Of a stretch of DNA of 64,000 nt, positions 1 through 13,404 are shown one piece after another (positions within the stretch are counted from its first letter, which is position 1; each line of letters begins with the position of its first letter). The notes beneath the pieces were generated by a model. The model was not told where the DNA came from, searched no databases, and saw only the letters and a program-made list of their open reading frames with translations. Origin of the DNA: an uncultured Duganella sp. (lineage in GTDB: Bacteria > Pseudomonadota > Gammaproteobacteria > Burkholderiales > Burkholderiaceae_D); the NCBI GenBank assembly GCA_963513825.1, contig CAUPRW010000035.1:1403-65402 (forward strand), read 5' to 3'. Both the position numbers and the translations under genes were made by a program.

Positions 1-1634
1 AACTGGTTGTCCCCTTCGACCGACCAGCGCGCCTGCAGGCGCAGGCTGTCGAACGGCATCGCCGCGTCGCTGAACTGCTGCGGCATCTGCAACACCAATT
101 GCTGCGAATCGATGTTAAAGCTGCCGCCCTTTTCGGTCGCGTCGACCGCGCCGGTGAGGTTGTCGAACCCCGGCACGCCGGGCAAGGCGGCGGTGGCCGG
201 CGACCTGGCCGTCTTCGGCTGCGCCGGCCGCGGCGGCTGCGGCGCCAGCCCGACGCCCACCAGGTCGCCCTTGACGCGGTACGACTGCACGGCCGGGAAG
301 GCGCCGGTCCACTCGGCCGAGAAATTGCGCAGCAAGCCGCGCGGGGCGGCGTCGGCCAGCAGCTGGCGCCGCGCCGCCGACAACGGCAGCCGTTCGGCCA
401 GGCCGGCCACGGTGCGCAGGTCCAGCTGCGGCGCGCGCAGCACGAACTTCTGCGGCCGCGAAACGCTGGCGGCGGTAAAGGTTTCCGACAGCGACGTCGG
501 CGCCATCACCAGGCCGTCGCTGGTGGTCAGGGTCAGGTTGGTCAGCTCGATGCTGTGGCCGCGCTCGCCGAACTTTTGCAGCCCGGCGCCCTTGGCCGCC
601 GGCGGCGCCAGCGCGGCGACGTCCTCGCGGGCGGCGACGCGGCCGGTCAGTTCGCGCAAATCGAGCAGCGGCAAATCCTTGCCCAGCACGGCCGACAACT
701 GGCGCAGGCCGACGTCGGCGGTGACGGCGGTCAGGCGCGACTGGTCGAAGTCGAGCCAGGCGCGCAGCGCGCCGCCGCCGCTGTTGAGCACGAACGGGAA
801 ATCGATCCAGGTTTTCCAGGCGGCGACGTCGGTGTCGCGGATGTCGGCGTACAGCTGGCCCTTCCACATCGACACGTTGGAGATGCGGGCACCGAAGGCC
901 GGATGGGCGAAGTCGGCCCGCAGGTCGAGCGGGCCGGCCAGCGCGGCCGGCGGCACCGCCCGGAGCGCGGCCTGGTGGCGCAGCCACTTGTTGCGCAGCA
1001 CCAAGGTGACGCCATCGAGCTCCAGCGGCGGCGCGCCGCGCAGGGCGTCGGTCCAGCGCACGCTGCCCTCGCGGATGACGATCTCGCGCTGCGAGAGCAG
1101 CCAGTCGGCGGCCTTGCCGTCGCTCGGCTTGTCGGGGTCGAGATAGACGCCGGCCGCGTACAGGCGGCCGTCGGCCTCGAGGCGGATGTCGACGCTGGGG
1201 CGGGTCAGCACCAGCGAGTCGAAGCGCGGGCCGCCGGCCAGCACGCTCCACCACGACAGCGTGGCCGACACGCCGGGCAGGGCCAGCGCCTGGCGGCCGC
1301 GGGCGTCGTGCAGCACCACGTCGCCCAGGTACAGGCCGGGGCGCAAGCCGTGCCACGAGGCGTAGATGCGGGAAATGGTGACCTGGCCGCCGGCGGCGCG
1401 GCTGGCGGCGCGCTCGATATCGCCCTTGTAATGGTCGATATTGGGCAGCACCGCGTAGCGCAGCACCAGGAACAGGATGGTGAAGGCGAAATACAGCGCC
1501 AGCAGCAGCTTGACCGTGAAGCCGAGCGCGTGGTGGGTGGCCAGATTGCAGAAGCGGTAGGCGGCACGAAGCCGGTGCCAGCGCGCGGCCAACGGGCCCT
1601 CGCCTGTCACGGTCTCCTCTTCTTGTTTTTGCAT
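1..1634 (-). CDS. YhdP-family (AsmA2/DUF3971, TIGR02099-like) large membrane protein, N-terminal ~544 aa; continues beyond window start
   Basis: Absent from the ORF track because no stop lies in the window. My reverse-strand translation from ATG 1634 (MQKQEEETVTGEGPLAARWHRLRAAYRFCNLATHHALGFTVKLLLALYFAFTILFLVLRYAVLPNIDHYKGDIERAA...) stays open to position 1. It has an N-terminal TM helix and reads like YhdP proteins, which lie divergent from glnE in Burkholderiales. Alternative GTG start at 1610 preceded by GGAG. Confidence 0.75.
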   Translation of the reverse strand, partial: MQKQEEETVTGEGPLAARWHRLRAAYRFCNLATHHALGFTVKLLLALYFAFTILFLVLRYAVLPNIDHYKGDIERAASRAAGGQVTISRIYASWHGLRPGLYLGDVVLHDARGRQALALPGVSATLSWWSVLAGGPRFDSLVLTRPSVDIRLEADGRLYAAGVYLDPDKPSDGKAADWLLSQREIVIREGSVRWTDALRGAPPLELDGVTLVLRNKWLRHQAALRAVPPAALAGPLDLRADFAHPAFGARISNVSMWKGQLYADIRDTDVAAWKTWIDFPFVLNSGGGALRAWLDFDQSRLTAVTADVGLRQLSAVLGKDLPLLDLRELTGRVAAREDVAALAPPAAKGAGLQKFGERGHSIELTNLTLTTSDGLVMAPTSLSETFTAASVSRPQKFVLRAPQLDLRTVAGLAERLPLSAARRQLLADAAPRGLLRNFSAEWTGAFPAVQSYRVKGDLVGVGLAPQPPRPAQPKTARSPATAALPGVPGFDNLTGAVDATEKGGSFNIDSQQLVLQMPQQFSDAAMPFDSLRLQARWSVEGDNQ

Positions 1635-1826
1635 CGATAAGCTAATAAATCAGGCCATGCGTCAAATAAAATCGCTACACTCGGTTTTTTCAAGCGGTTT
1701 TTCAAGCTTTCCCGCCTGCGCATTCTACCGCATCGCATCGCCAGCACAGCGCCAGTTAGCCCCTGCGGCGGCGGTTTTATGCGCCCGGCGGGGGCCAATT
1801 TATCAGTATCGGAAAAATAGCAGCCC

Positions 1827-4679
1827 ATGAACGCACAATCCGCCGCAACGCCGGCCAGCCCGGCAAGCATTTCAGCGACCGCCCCCGACCCGACTTCCAC
1901 CGCCCCCGCCGCGCCCGCTGCCCCGGCCGCCCCGCTGGACGCGACCGCCTCGCGCTTCTATCAGCGCTGGCTGGCCGCCGCCCCCGGCCGCGCCGCCAAG
2001 GTCGACGCGCTGGCGCAACTGTCGCTGGCCGACATCGACCTCGACGCCTGCCTGGCCGCCGAAGCGGCCGCCGTGCCGCCCGGCGCCCCGCCGCTGCCGC
2101 TGCAACGGGCCATGCGGCGCCTGCGCAACCTGCTGGTGTGCGGGCTGATCCGCCGCGACCTCGAGGGCCGGGCCAACCTGGCCGAGGTGGTCGAGACCAT
2201 GACGCGGCTGGCCGACTTCGCCATCGAGCGCCATCTGCGCGAACTGCACGCCGAACTGAGCGCCGCCCACGGCGCGCCCACCGGCGCCGAATCGGGCCTG
2301 CCGCAGGAGCTGATCGTGCTGGCGATGGGCAAACAGGGCGGGCGCGAGCTCAACGTGTCGTCCGACATCGACCTCATCTTCGTCTACCCCGAGGACGGCG
2401 AGACGGCCGCCGGGCCGGGCCAGCGCGGCCTGTCCAACCATGAGTTTTTCATCCGCCTGGGCAAGAAGCTGATCGCCGCCATCGCGGAGATCACGGAAGA
2501 TGGCTACACGTTCAGGGTGGATATGGCCTTGCGGCCGAACGGCGGCTCCGGCCCGCTGGCGGCCAGCTTCAACATGGTCGAGCAATACCTGATCGTCCAG
2601 GGCCGCGAATGGGAACGCTACGCCTGGGTCAAGGCGCGCGCCGTCAGCGGCCGGCCCGACGACATCGCCGCGCTCGAGGCGATCGCGCGGCCGTTCGTGT
2701 TCCGGCGCTACCTCGACTTCGGCGTCATCGACGCCATCCGCAACATGCACGCGCAAATCCGCGCCGAGGTCAACCGCCAGGAGCGGCTGCATCCGGACCG
2801 CAGCAACAACGTCAAGCTCGGGCGCGGCGGCATCCGCGAAATCGAATTCCTGGCGCAGGTGTTCCAGTTGATCCGCGGCGGGCGCGACGCCGCCCTGCGC
2901 GACCGCTCGACCCGCACCACCTTGCGCATCATCGCCGAAAAAGGGCTGCTAAGCCACGCCATCGTCTATCAACTGCTCGCTTCCTACACCTTCCTGCGCA
3001 ATCTGGAGCACCGCCTGCAATACCTCGACGACGCCCAGACCCACACCCTGCCGGCCAACGAGGCCGACCAGCAACTGGTGGCGCGCATGATGGGCCTGCC
3101 CGACGCGGCCACGCTGCTGGCCCAGCTCGAGGCGCACCGCCAGTTCGTCGCCGGCCAGTTCGACGAGATGTTTTCGGACAAGACCAGCGGCAGCGACAAC
3201 GACATCAACCCGCAATCGAGCAACGAATGCGCCGACCCGGACAACCGCGACGCCATGATCGCCCGCTTCGCCGAGCTCGGCTTCGAGGCGCCGGAGGTGG
3301 CCACCAAGCGCCTGGTCGCCACCTGGCAGGCGCCGCGCCTGCAATCGCTGCCCGAGGCCAGCCGCAACCGGCTGCTGGGCCTGGTCAACGCGGCGCTGCC
3401 CTTGATCATCCAATGCTCGGCCGAATCGAGCGGCGGCAACCAGATGGCCACGCTGGGGCGCCTGCTCGACTTCCTCGAGGCGGTGGCGCGCCGCTCGGCC
3501 TACCTGTCGTTGCTGACCGAGTACCCGCACACCCTGGCGCGCGTGATCCGCATGGTGCACGCCAGCGGCTGGGCCGCGCAATTTCTCAGCCAGCACCCGA
3601 TCCTGCTCGACGAGCTGCTCGACGACCGCGTGCGCAACGCCGTGTTCGACCCGGCCGGCCTGGCCGCCGAGCTGCGGGTGCAGCTGGCGGCCGCGCCGGG
3701 CGACACCGAGCGCCAGATGGACATCCTGCGCGAGGTCCACCACGCCCAGCTGTTCCACCTGCTGGCGCAGGACCTGGCCGGCGACCTGACGGTCGAACGG
3801 CTGGCCGACCACCTGTCGGCGCTGGCCGACACCATCGTCGCCGCCGCCATCCAGGCGATCTGGCAAACCATCGCCACGCGCCACCGCGAGGTGCCGCAAT
3901 TCGCCGTCATCGCCTATGGCAAGCTCGGCGGCAAGGAGCTCGGCTATGTGTCCGACCTCGACGTCATCTTCCTGTACGACGACGACGACCAGGAGGCGCC
4001 GGCCCAGTACGCCAAGCTGGCGCAGCGCTTTATTACCTGGATGACATCGCAAACGCCGGCCGGCATCCTGTTCGACATCGACACCGCGCTGCGCCCGGAC
4101 GGCGCCAGCGGCATGATGGTCTCGACCGTGGCCTCGTTCGAGAAGTACCAGAACAACGCGGCCTGGGTGTGGGAGCACCAGGCGCTCACGCGCGCGCGCT
4201 TTTGCGCCGGCGACGCCGCCATCGGCGCGCGCTTCGAACAGATCCGCGAGGACGTGCTGCGCAAGGAGCGCCCGGTCGATGGCCCGCTCAAGCGCGAGGT
4301 GGTGGCCATGCGCAAGCGCATGATGGACGCCAAGCCCAACCACAGCCAGTTGTTCGACCTGAAACAAGACCCGGGCGGCATGATCGACATCGAGTTCATG
4401 GTCCAGTATCTGGTCTTGCAGCACGCGTCGGCCTACCCGCAGCTGACCACCAACATTGGCAATATTACACTGCTCAAGATGTTCGGCGAGCTCGGACTGA
4501 TCCCGGCGCCGATGGCCGCCGACGTCGGCGACGCTTACCGGAAGTTACGAAAGCTGCAGCACCAGCTGCGCTTGCAGGGGCAGGACCTGGCCAAGGTCGA
4601 TCCGGCGCTGGTGGCCGACGGCGTGCCGCACGTATTGGCGTTATGGCAACTCATCTTTGGCGAGAACGTTGCCGGGTAA
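1827..4679 (+). CDS. glnE: bifunctional glutamine synthetase adenylyltransferase/adenylyl-removing enzyme
   Basis: 950-aa ORF with two GlnE nucleotidyltransferase halves (GKQGGRELNVSSDIDLIFVY and GKLGGKELGYVSDLDVIFLY). Size and architecture are typical. The Ala/Pro-rich N-terminus leaves the exact start slightly uncertain. Confidence 0.95.
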   Translation: MNAQSAATPASPASISATAPDPTSTAPAAPAAPAAPLDATASRFYQRWLAAAPGRAAKVDALAQLSLADIDLDACLAAEAAAVPPGAPPLPLQRAMRRLRNLLVCGLIRRDLEGRANLAEVVETMTRLADFAIERHLRELHAELSAAHGAPTGAESGLPQELIVLAMGKQGGRELNVSSDIDLIFVYPEDGETAAGPGQRGLSNHEFFIRLGKKLIAAIAEITEDGYTFRVDMALRPNGGSGPLAASFNMVEQYLIVQGREWERYAWVKARAVSGRPDDIAALEAIARPFVFRRYLDFGVIDAIRNMHAQIRAEVNRQERLHPDRSNNVKLGRGGIREIEFLAQVFQLIRGGRDAALRDRSTRTTLRIIAEKGLLSHAIVYQLLASYTFLRNLEHRLQYLDDAQTHTLPANEADQQLVARMMGLPDAATLLAQLEAHRQFVAGQFDEMFSDKTSGSDNDINPQSSNECADPDNRDAMIARFAELGFEAPEVATKRLVATWQAPRLQSLPEASRNRLLGLVNAALPLIIQCSAESSGGNQMATLGRLLDFLEAVARRSAYLSLLTEYPHTLARVIRMVHASGWAAQFLSQHPILLDELLDDRVRNAVFDPAGLAAELRVQLAAAPGDTERQMDILREVHHAQLFHLLAQDLAGDLTVERLADHLSALADTIVAAAIQAIWQTIATRHREVPQFAVIAYGKLGGKELGYVSDLDVIFLYDDDDQEAPAQYAKLAQRFITWMTSQTPAGILFDIDTALRPDGASGMMVSTVASFEKYQNNAAWVWEHQALTRARFCAGDAAIGARFEQIREDVLRKERPVDGPLKREVVAMRKRMMDAKPNHSQLFDLKQDPGGMIDIEFMVQYLVLQHASAYPQLTTNIGNITLLKMFGELGLIPAPMAADVGDAYRKLRKLQHQLRLQGQDLAKVDPALVADGVPHVLALWQLIFGENVAG

Positions 4680-4770
4680 CAACGATATCCCGGGTTAAGT
4701 GCAGTACTATATTCAGTGACAATAATGAGAGCGCGAACCGCCGTTGTTTCATCCAACCCGGAGAATTAAC

Positions 4771-5226
4771 ATGAAAATATTAGTACGCACCGTGGCGCTG
4801 GGTTTGCTGGCGATGTCCGCCTCCGCCTTCGCCGCCGATAAAGGCAGCAAAGACGAAGCCGTGGCGATGGTCAAGCGCGCGGTGGCGTTGATTAAATCCG
4901 ACGGCAAGGAAAAAGCGTTCGCCGCCATATCCGACTCTACCAACACCGCGTTCCACGACCGCGATTTATATGTGTATGTTTATGATTTGAATGGCGTCGC
5001 GCTAGCCCATGGAAATAATCCCAAGATGGTGGGCAAGCCACTGATCGGACTAAAGGATAACGAGGGAAAACCGATGATCAAGGAAATGGTGGAATTGGCC
5101 AAATCCAAGGGTTCCGGCTGGGTTGATTTCAAATGGCCGAATCCCGTCACCAAGGCGGTCGAATCGAAAGCCGGCTACGTGGAGAAAGTCGACGACATGC
5201 TGGTCGGGTCCGGCATTTACAAATAG
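4771..5226 (+). CDS. stand-alone periplasmic single-Cache (sCache_2-like) domain protein
   Basis: ATG 4771 is preceded by GGAGA. Signal peptide MKILVRTVALGLLAMSASAFA, then a Cache-like core (DLYVYVYDLNGVALAHGNNPKMVGKPLIGLKDNEGKPMIKEM...WVDFKWPNPVT). No output domain. Followed by terminator 5246-5273. Confidence 0.8.
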   Translation: MKILVRTVALGLLAMSASAFAADKGSKDEAVAMVKRAVALIKSDGKEKAFAAISDSTNTAFHDRDLYVYVYDLNGVALAHGNNPKMVGKPLIGLKDNEGKPMIKEMVELAKSKGSGWVDFKWPNPVTKAVESKAGYVEKVDDMLVGSGIYK

Positions 5227-5245
5227 AAAACTCAGCTCGCGGCCA

Positions 5246-5273
5246 AGCCGGGACTCTGTCCCGGCTTTTTTTT
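5246..5273 (+). terminator. Rho-independent terminator after the Cache gene
   Basis: AGCCGGGAC-TCTG-TCCCGGCT followed by T8. Confidence 0.85.
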
Positions 5274-5456
5274 CGTCCCCATGCCGTGGATTGGCCCCTG
5301 GACGATGTACCAAGGATGGATTCATGCCAGAAATTGACATGTAAATACCAAAAACTAGCATGAAACGGGCGGCGCTCGACCTGGCGCGGCAACGTGCGGG
5401 TCAGGGGGAGTTGGGATCGGCGCCGCAGTGGGCGCCAACCGTTTACCGCGCCGCCA

Positions 5457-6440
5457 TCAAGGCTGGGCGCAGGTTTGCGTTGGCGCGGAAACATTGCACT
5501 TCCAGGTCCAGCGCACGTCGGCGGTCTCCTTCAGCGAGACCGTGAACGAAGTGCCCGGCGTGGTGACGGTCAACGCCACCACCTGGCCGACCACCTCGCC
5601 CGGGGAGTTAATGCCGCGCGTCGGCACCACAACGGCGCCGCGATCGACCGAGATATCGATCTGGCTATTGGCCAGCAAATAAACCAGGTTATTTTGCACA
5701 TATTGCCCCAGCGCGAACGTGCCGCCATTCGGCAAGGCGATATTGGTATCCAATGGAATCAATTTATTCAAACCGATCAGGAAATTCTGATCGCGTGCGA
5801 AGAATAAACTGTCTTTTAATTTAGCGGCCGATTCGAGCAGGCTAGTCTCGATGCCGCGGTCGGCCTTGGTGGCGATCTTATCCACCAGCCGGTCGAGGCC
5901 GGGAATGATCCAGCCCAGATTGGTATCGCAATCGGTGTTCGATACGGGTACAAAGGTGAGCCCGACATCGCTGCCCATGGCGCCGTTGACCGCCCCATAT
6001 TGCGCCGTGACGGCGATGTCCCTGAGCCGCAGGCTGTTCTGGCACGCGTAACTAATGATGCCGAACTTGGTGCCGGAGTAGCTGCTGAAAGCGCTGTAGT
6101 TGAAGCCGTTCAAACCGAGGCTGACGATGCCGGACGCCTGCGGACGGACCGAGGCGTTGATGGCGCCGGTCAGCGAGCCGCTGATGAAATGCGCTCCTTG
6201 CGAGTTCACCAGGTTCGCCAGGTAGGTGTTCAGGCCGTCCTCGAGTCTGGCTGGCACCAGGACCACCTGTTCGGCGACGCTGCGCAACGGGCCGTTGGCC
6301 GTCTTGAGTTCATCGATCGAGCGCGAACCGCCGCCATAGGTGATGGTGGCGGTGTAAGTGCGCACGGTGGCGCCCGGCATCCAATCGGCGTGCGCCGATC
6401 CCATCGCAAGCAAGCCGGCAAGCAAAAGATATTTTTTCAT
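5457..6440 (-). CDS. secreted hypothetical protein (four Cys, no recognisable domain)
   Basis: In-frame ATG 6440 gives signal peptide MKKYLLLAGLLAMGSAHA. The 327-aa ORF is Ser/Gly/Asn/Thr-rich and ends CNVSAPTQTCAQP. GC looks lower than the flanks. I recognise no family. Confidence 0.6.
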   Translation of the reverse strand: MKKYLLLAGLLAMGSAHADWMPGATVRTYTATITYGGGSRSIDELKTANGPLRSVAEQVVLVPARLEDGLNTYLANLVNSQGAHFISGSLTGAINASVRPQASGIVSLGLNGFNYSAFSSYSGTKFGIISYACQNSLRLRDIAVTAQYGAVNGAMGSDVGLTFVPVSNTDCDTNLGWIIPGLDRLVDKIATKADRGIETSLLESAAKLKDSLFFARDQNFLIGLNKLIPLDTNIALPNGGTFALGQYVQNNLVYLLANSQIDISVDRGAVVVPTRGINSPGEVVGQVVALTVTTPGTSFTVSLKETADVRWTWKCNVSAPTQTCAQP

Positions 6441-7123
6441 TTTCCATCCCTGAAGTGATTGAGGAACCGGGCAATCCGTCCGCAACCGCCCGCGCCGGCG
6501 TGGTCACATTGACCAAATTAGAATACCGGAACAATTGCCAATAAAATCTCTCCAATATCCACTGTGGCTATTTTTCTAAAAGTCCCGCCTTCGGCCTCGA
6601 AAAGCCAAGCGCGGCAGATCACCCGCCGGCCATCGTTTTTGGTCCTGCCGCTCCCGCTACCGATCGCACCGCCGAAGTCAAGCCATACACGGCCCGTGTG
6701 GCCGTGCCACTACACCGCTCACCGACTTTCATTTTAATACTGTTGGTTTTTACGATTGATTGCCCGCTTAGTGACGGTTCGGGTTTACATCGCCGGCGGC
6801 CAGTGAGTAAAGTGACAAGTCAAAATAATGTTATTTCAAGAATGACGAGGCCGCCATCAAGACGGAGCCGGCGGTCCCTAAGCGGCCCCGCTGCCGCGCC
6901 GTCGCTTGGGCGCCGGTCTTTTTGTTTGGCACGGAAACAACATCAATACAATTTGTTACAGAAATTCGCTTCGAAGAAAGCCTGTTGCTTTTCCGCGAAT
7001 ATTGTAATTTTTATGCCGTTTTAGCTTTGCAAAGTGACTACCAAGTAGGTAAAGTTGGCCAGTTACAAATATAAATTTTTTTAAAAAAGCAATAGTTTTA
7101 ATACACCCAGAAGGAGTTTCGCA

Positions 7124-10054
<2,931 letters not shown>

Positions 10055-10117
10055 TAAGCAACCGGCCTGCCCTCGTGGCAGGCCCGGCGCAACGGCGGCC
10101 TGCGCTGGCGCCCATGT

Positions 10118-10154
10118 AAAAAAACCCTCGCTGCCTGCGCAGCGAGGGTTTTTT
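10118..10154. terminator. bidirectional terminator between TBDR-1 and gap
   Basis: A7-CCCTCGCTG-CCTGCG-CAGCGAGGG-T6. An additional GC hairpin lies at 10064-10084. Confidence 0.85.
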
Positions 10155-10173
10155 CTTGGAGGGACGCGCCGGA

Positions 10174-11184
10174 TTACTTCGCGGTCATCAGCGCGACGGT
10201 GGTGTCGAGCATGCGGTTCGAGAAGCCCCACTCGTTGTCGTACCACGACGACACCTTCACCAGGCGGCCCGAGACCTTGGTCAGGGTCGAGTCGAAGTTC
10301 GACGACGCCGGGTTGTGGTTGAAGTCGACCGACACCAGCGGCTCGGTCTGGTAGGTCAGCACTTCCTTCAGGGCGCCTTCGGCGGCGGCCTTCATGATCG
10401 CGTTGACTTCGTCGACGGTGGTGTCGCGCTTGGCGATGAACGACAGGTCGACCAGCGAGACGTTGATGGTCGGCACGCGGATGGCGAAGCCGTCGAGCTT
10501 GCCGTTCAGTTCCGGCAGCACCAGGCCGACCGCGGCGGCGGCGCCGGTCTTGGTCGGGATCATGCTCATCGTGGCCGAACGGGCGCGGCGCAGGTCTTCG
10601 TGCATCACGTCGCTGAGCACCTGGTCGTTGGTGTAGGCGTGCACGGTGGTCATCAGGCCGGTTTCCAGGCCGATGGCGTCGTTGAGCGGCTTGACCAGCG
10701 GGGCCAGGCAGTTGGTGGTGCACGAGGCGTTCGAGATGACGGTGTCGGTCGACTTGAGCACGTGCTGGTTGACGCCGTAGACGATGGTGGCGTCGACGTC
10801 CTTGCCGCCCGGGGCCGAGATGATGACCTTCTTGGCGCCGCCCTTGAGGTGGGCCGAGGCCTTCTCTTTGGTGGTGAAGAAGCCGGTGCACTCGAGCACC
10901 ACGTCCACGCCCAGGTCGCCCCACGGGATTTCGGCCGGGTTGCGCTGCGCGAACACGCGGATCACGTCGCCGTTGACGATCATGTTGTCGCCGTCGACTT
11001 CGACCGTGCCGGGGAACTTGCCGTGGGCGGTGTCGTAGCGGGTCAGGTGGGCGTTCGACTTGGCGTCGCCCAGGTCGTTGATGGCCACGATCTGGATGTC
11101 TTGCTTCTTGCCACCTTCGTAGAAAGCGCGCAACACATTGCGGCCGATACGGCCGTAGCCGTTGATTGCAACTTTGATCGTCAT
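10174..11184 (-). CDS. gap: type I glyceraldehyde-3-phosphate dehydrogenase
   Basis: [20 protein letters not shown]..., catalytic [12 protein letters not shown] motif, 336 aa. Confidence 0.96.
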   Translation of the reverse strand: MTIKVAINGYGRIGRNVLRAFYEGGKKQDIQIVAINDLGDAKSNAHLTRYDTAHGKFPGTVEVDGDNMIVNGDVIRVFAQRNPAEIPWGDLGVDVVLECTGFFTTKEKASAHLKGGAKKVIISAPGGKDVDATIVYGVNQHVLKSTDTVISNASCTTNCLAPLVKPLNDAIGLETGLMTTVHAYTNDQVLSDVMHEDLRRARSATMSMIPTKTGAAAAVGLVLPELNGKLDGFAIRVPTINVSLVDLSFIAKRDTTVDEVNAIMKAAAEGALKEVLTYQTEPLVSVDFNHNPASSNFDSTLTKVSGRLVKVSSWYDNEWGFSNRMLDTTVALMTAK

Positions 11185-11233
11185 ACTCTGCTCCTGATTA
11201 AAAAAATAAGGTAGTCCGGCTTGTAATTATAGA

Positions 11234-13228
11234 TTATGCAATGACCAGTTTGACTTTCGCCACGACGTTCTCGACCGTGAAGCCGAAATGCTTGAACAGC
11301 ACGCCGGCCGGGGCCGACTCGCCGAAGGTGTCGATGCCGACCACGGCGCCTTCCAGGCCGACGTATTTGTACCAGAAATCGGTCACGCCGGCCTCGATCG
11401 CCACCCGCGGCACGCCCTTGGTCAGCACGCCGGCCTTGTAGGCGGCGTCCTGGCGGTCGAACACGTCGGTCGACGGCATCGACACCACGCGCGCGGCGAT
11501 GCCCTCGGCCGCCAGCGCCGAGGCGGCGGCGACGGCCAGCTCGACCTCGGAACCGGTGGCGATCAGGGTGACCTTGGCGTCGGCCGCTTCGCTCAGCACG
11601 TAGCCGCCGCGGGCGACGTCGGCGATCTGCTCGGCGCTGCGCTCCTGGTACGGCAGGTTCTGGCGCGAGAAGATCAGCGTCGACGGACCGTGCTGGCGCT
11701 TGACCGCCTCGCCCCACGCCACGGCCGACTCGACCGTGTCGCACGGACGCCAGTTGTCCAGGTTGGGGATCAGGCGCATCGACGAGATGTGCTCGACCGA
11801 CTGGTGGGTCGGGCCGTCCTCGCCCAGGCCGATCGAATCGTGGGTGAACACGAAGATCGAGCGCAGCTTCATCAGCGCGGCCATGCGCAGCGCGTTGCGG
11901 CTGTAGTCGGAGAACGTCAGGAAGGTCGCGCCGAACGGGATGAAGCCGCCGTGCAGGGCGATGCCGTTCATGATCGCGCTCATGCCGAATTCGCGCACGC
12001 CGTAGTTGACGTGGTTGCCCGGCTTGCCGGAGCGCACCGGAATCGATTCCTTCCAGTTGGTCAGGTTCGAGCTGGTCAGGTCGGCCGAGCCGCCGAGGAA
12101 CTCCGGCAGCACGGGCGCCAGCGCCTGGATGGCGTTCTGGCTGGCCTTGCGGGTGGCGATGTTTTCCTTCTTCTCGACGCAGGCGGCGATGGCGGCGGCC
12201 AGCGCGGCGTCGAAGGCGGCCGGCAGATCGCCGTCCATGCGGCGGCTCAGTTCGGCCGCCTCGGCCGGGAACTTGGCGCGGTAGTCGGCAAACAGCGCCG
12301 TCCACGCCGCTTCGGCCTTGGCGCCGGCCGCCTTCGCGTCCCACGCGGTGTAGAGCTCGGCCGGGATCTCGAACGGCACCGACGTCCACACCAGGTGTTC
12401 GCGCACGGCGGCGATTTCCTTGTCGCCCAGCGCGGCGCCGTGGACCTTGTCGCCGCCCTGCAGGTTCGGCGAGCCCTTGCCGATGATGGTTTTGCAGCAG
12501 ATCAGGGTCGGCTTGGCCGAGGTCTTGGCGGCGGCGATGGCGGCCGACACGGCGGCCACGTCGTGGCCGTCGACGGCGCGGATCACGTTCCAGCCGTACG
12601 CTTCGAAGCGGGCCGGGGTGTCGTCGGTGAACCAGCCCTCGACCTTGCCGTCGATCGAGATGCCGTTGTCGTCGTACAGCGCGATCAGCTTGTTCAGGCC
12701 CAGCGTGCCGGCCAGCGCGCACACCTCGTGCGAGATGCCTTCCATCAGGCAGCCGTCGCCCAGGAAGGCGAAGGTGTAATGGTCGACGACGTCAAAACCC
12801 GGCTTATTGAACTGGCTCGCCAGCAAATACTCCGACAACGCCATGCCGACCGCGTTGGCCAAGCCCTGGCCCAGCGGCCCGGTGGTCGTTTCCACGCCCG
12901 GCGTGACGTCCACCTCCGGGTGGCCCGGGGTCTTCGAATGCATCTGGCGGAACGCCTTGATGTCGTCCATCGTCACCGCGTAGCCGGTCAGGTGCAGCAG
13001 CGCGTAGTGCAGCATCGAGCCGTGGCCGTTCGACAACAGGAAGCGGTCGCGGTTGACCCACTTCGGGTTGGCCGGGTTGTGGCTGTAATGACCGCTCCAC
13101 AGCGCAACGGCGATCTCGGCCATGCCCATCGGCATGCCTGGGTGGCCGGAATTGGCCTTCTGGACGGCGTCCATCGCCAGCGCGCGGATCGCGTTGGCCA
13201 TTTGGGTGGTGGGGAGCGTAGAAGTCAT
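11234..13228 (-). CDS. tkt: transketolase
   Basis: 664-aa ORF with a TPP-binding motif ([12 protein letters not shown]) and a typical N-terminus ([21 protein letters not shown]). Lies upstream of gap, as in many Betaproteobacteria. Confidence 0.96.
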   Translation of the reverse strand: MTSTLPTTQMANAIRALAMDAVQKANSGHPGMPMGMAEIAVALWSGHYSHNPANPKWVNRDRFLLSNGHGSMLHYALLHLTGYAVTMDDIKAFRQMHSKTPGHPEVDVTPGVETTTGPLGQGLANAVGMALSEYLLASQFNKPGFDVVDHYTFAFLGDGCLMEGISHEVCALAGTLGLNKLIALYDDNGISIDGKVEGWFTDDTPARFEAYGWNVIRAVDGHDVAAVSAAIAAAKTSAKPTLICCKTIIGKGSPNLQGGDKVHGAALGDKEIAAVREHLVWTSVPFEIPAELYTAWDAKAAGAKAEAAWTALFADYRAKFPAEAAELSRRMDGDLPAAFDAALAAAIAACVEKKENIATRKASQNAIQALAPVLPEFLGGSADLTSSNLTNWKESIPVRSGKPGNHVNYGVREFGMSAIMNGIALHGGFIPFGATFLTFSDYSRNALRMAALMKLRSIFVFTHDSIGLGEDGPTHQSVEHISSMRLIPNLDNWRPCDTVESAVAWGEAVKRQHGPSTLIFSRQNLPYQERSAEQIADVARGGYVLSEAADAKVTLIATGSEVELAVAAASALAAEGIAARVVSMPSTDVFDRQDAAYKAGVLTKGVPRVAIEAGVTDFWYKYVGLEGAVVGIDTFGESAPAGVLFKHFGFTVENVVAKVKLVIA

Positions 13229-13404
13229 CGTCGGTCTATCACGAAAGTATGGAAACTGGGTGCAAGGGGATGCCGCATATTGGTGCTGCCGTGGTGTTGC
13301 CAGGGTGGTGCGAGCTTGCTGAGCCCATTATTTTACCAGACCGGGGCTGGCAGCATTTAAAATTGCGCGTCGCCCCGCCCTCCACCACCACACCGGAACC
13401 CCGC

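Noticed and set aside
99-1640. Long ORFs on the plus strand (7..1146, 99..1640) and the minus-strand ORF 115..1356 in the first 1.6 kb
   Set aside because: They have Arg/Ala/Gly/Pro-rich, low-complexity translations typical of wrong-frame reading in high-GC DNA. The coherent, TM-containing YhdP-like frame on the minus strand explains the region.
6441-7123. Cobalamin, TPP or other riboswitch upstream of the TonB-dependent receptors (also 17822-18200, 20267-20627 and 56730-57025)
   Set aside because: I could not find a B12 box (GCCACTG context) or other conserved riboswitch cores in the correct order on the relevant strands. This needs a covariance-model scan to exclude properly.
13348-13366. 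Sigma-54-like motifs TGGCAGCATTTAAAATTGC (13348-13366) and, on the minus strand, CGGCACATTGATGC (17977-17990)
   Set aside because: The GG-to-GC spacing is wrong (too long and one nt too short, respectively) for a -24/-12 promoter.
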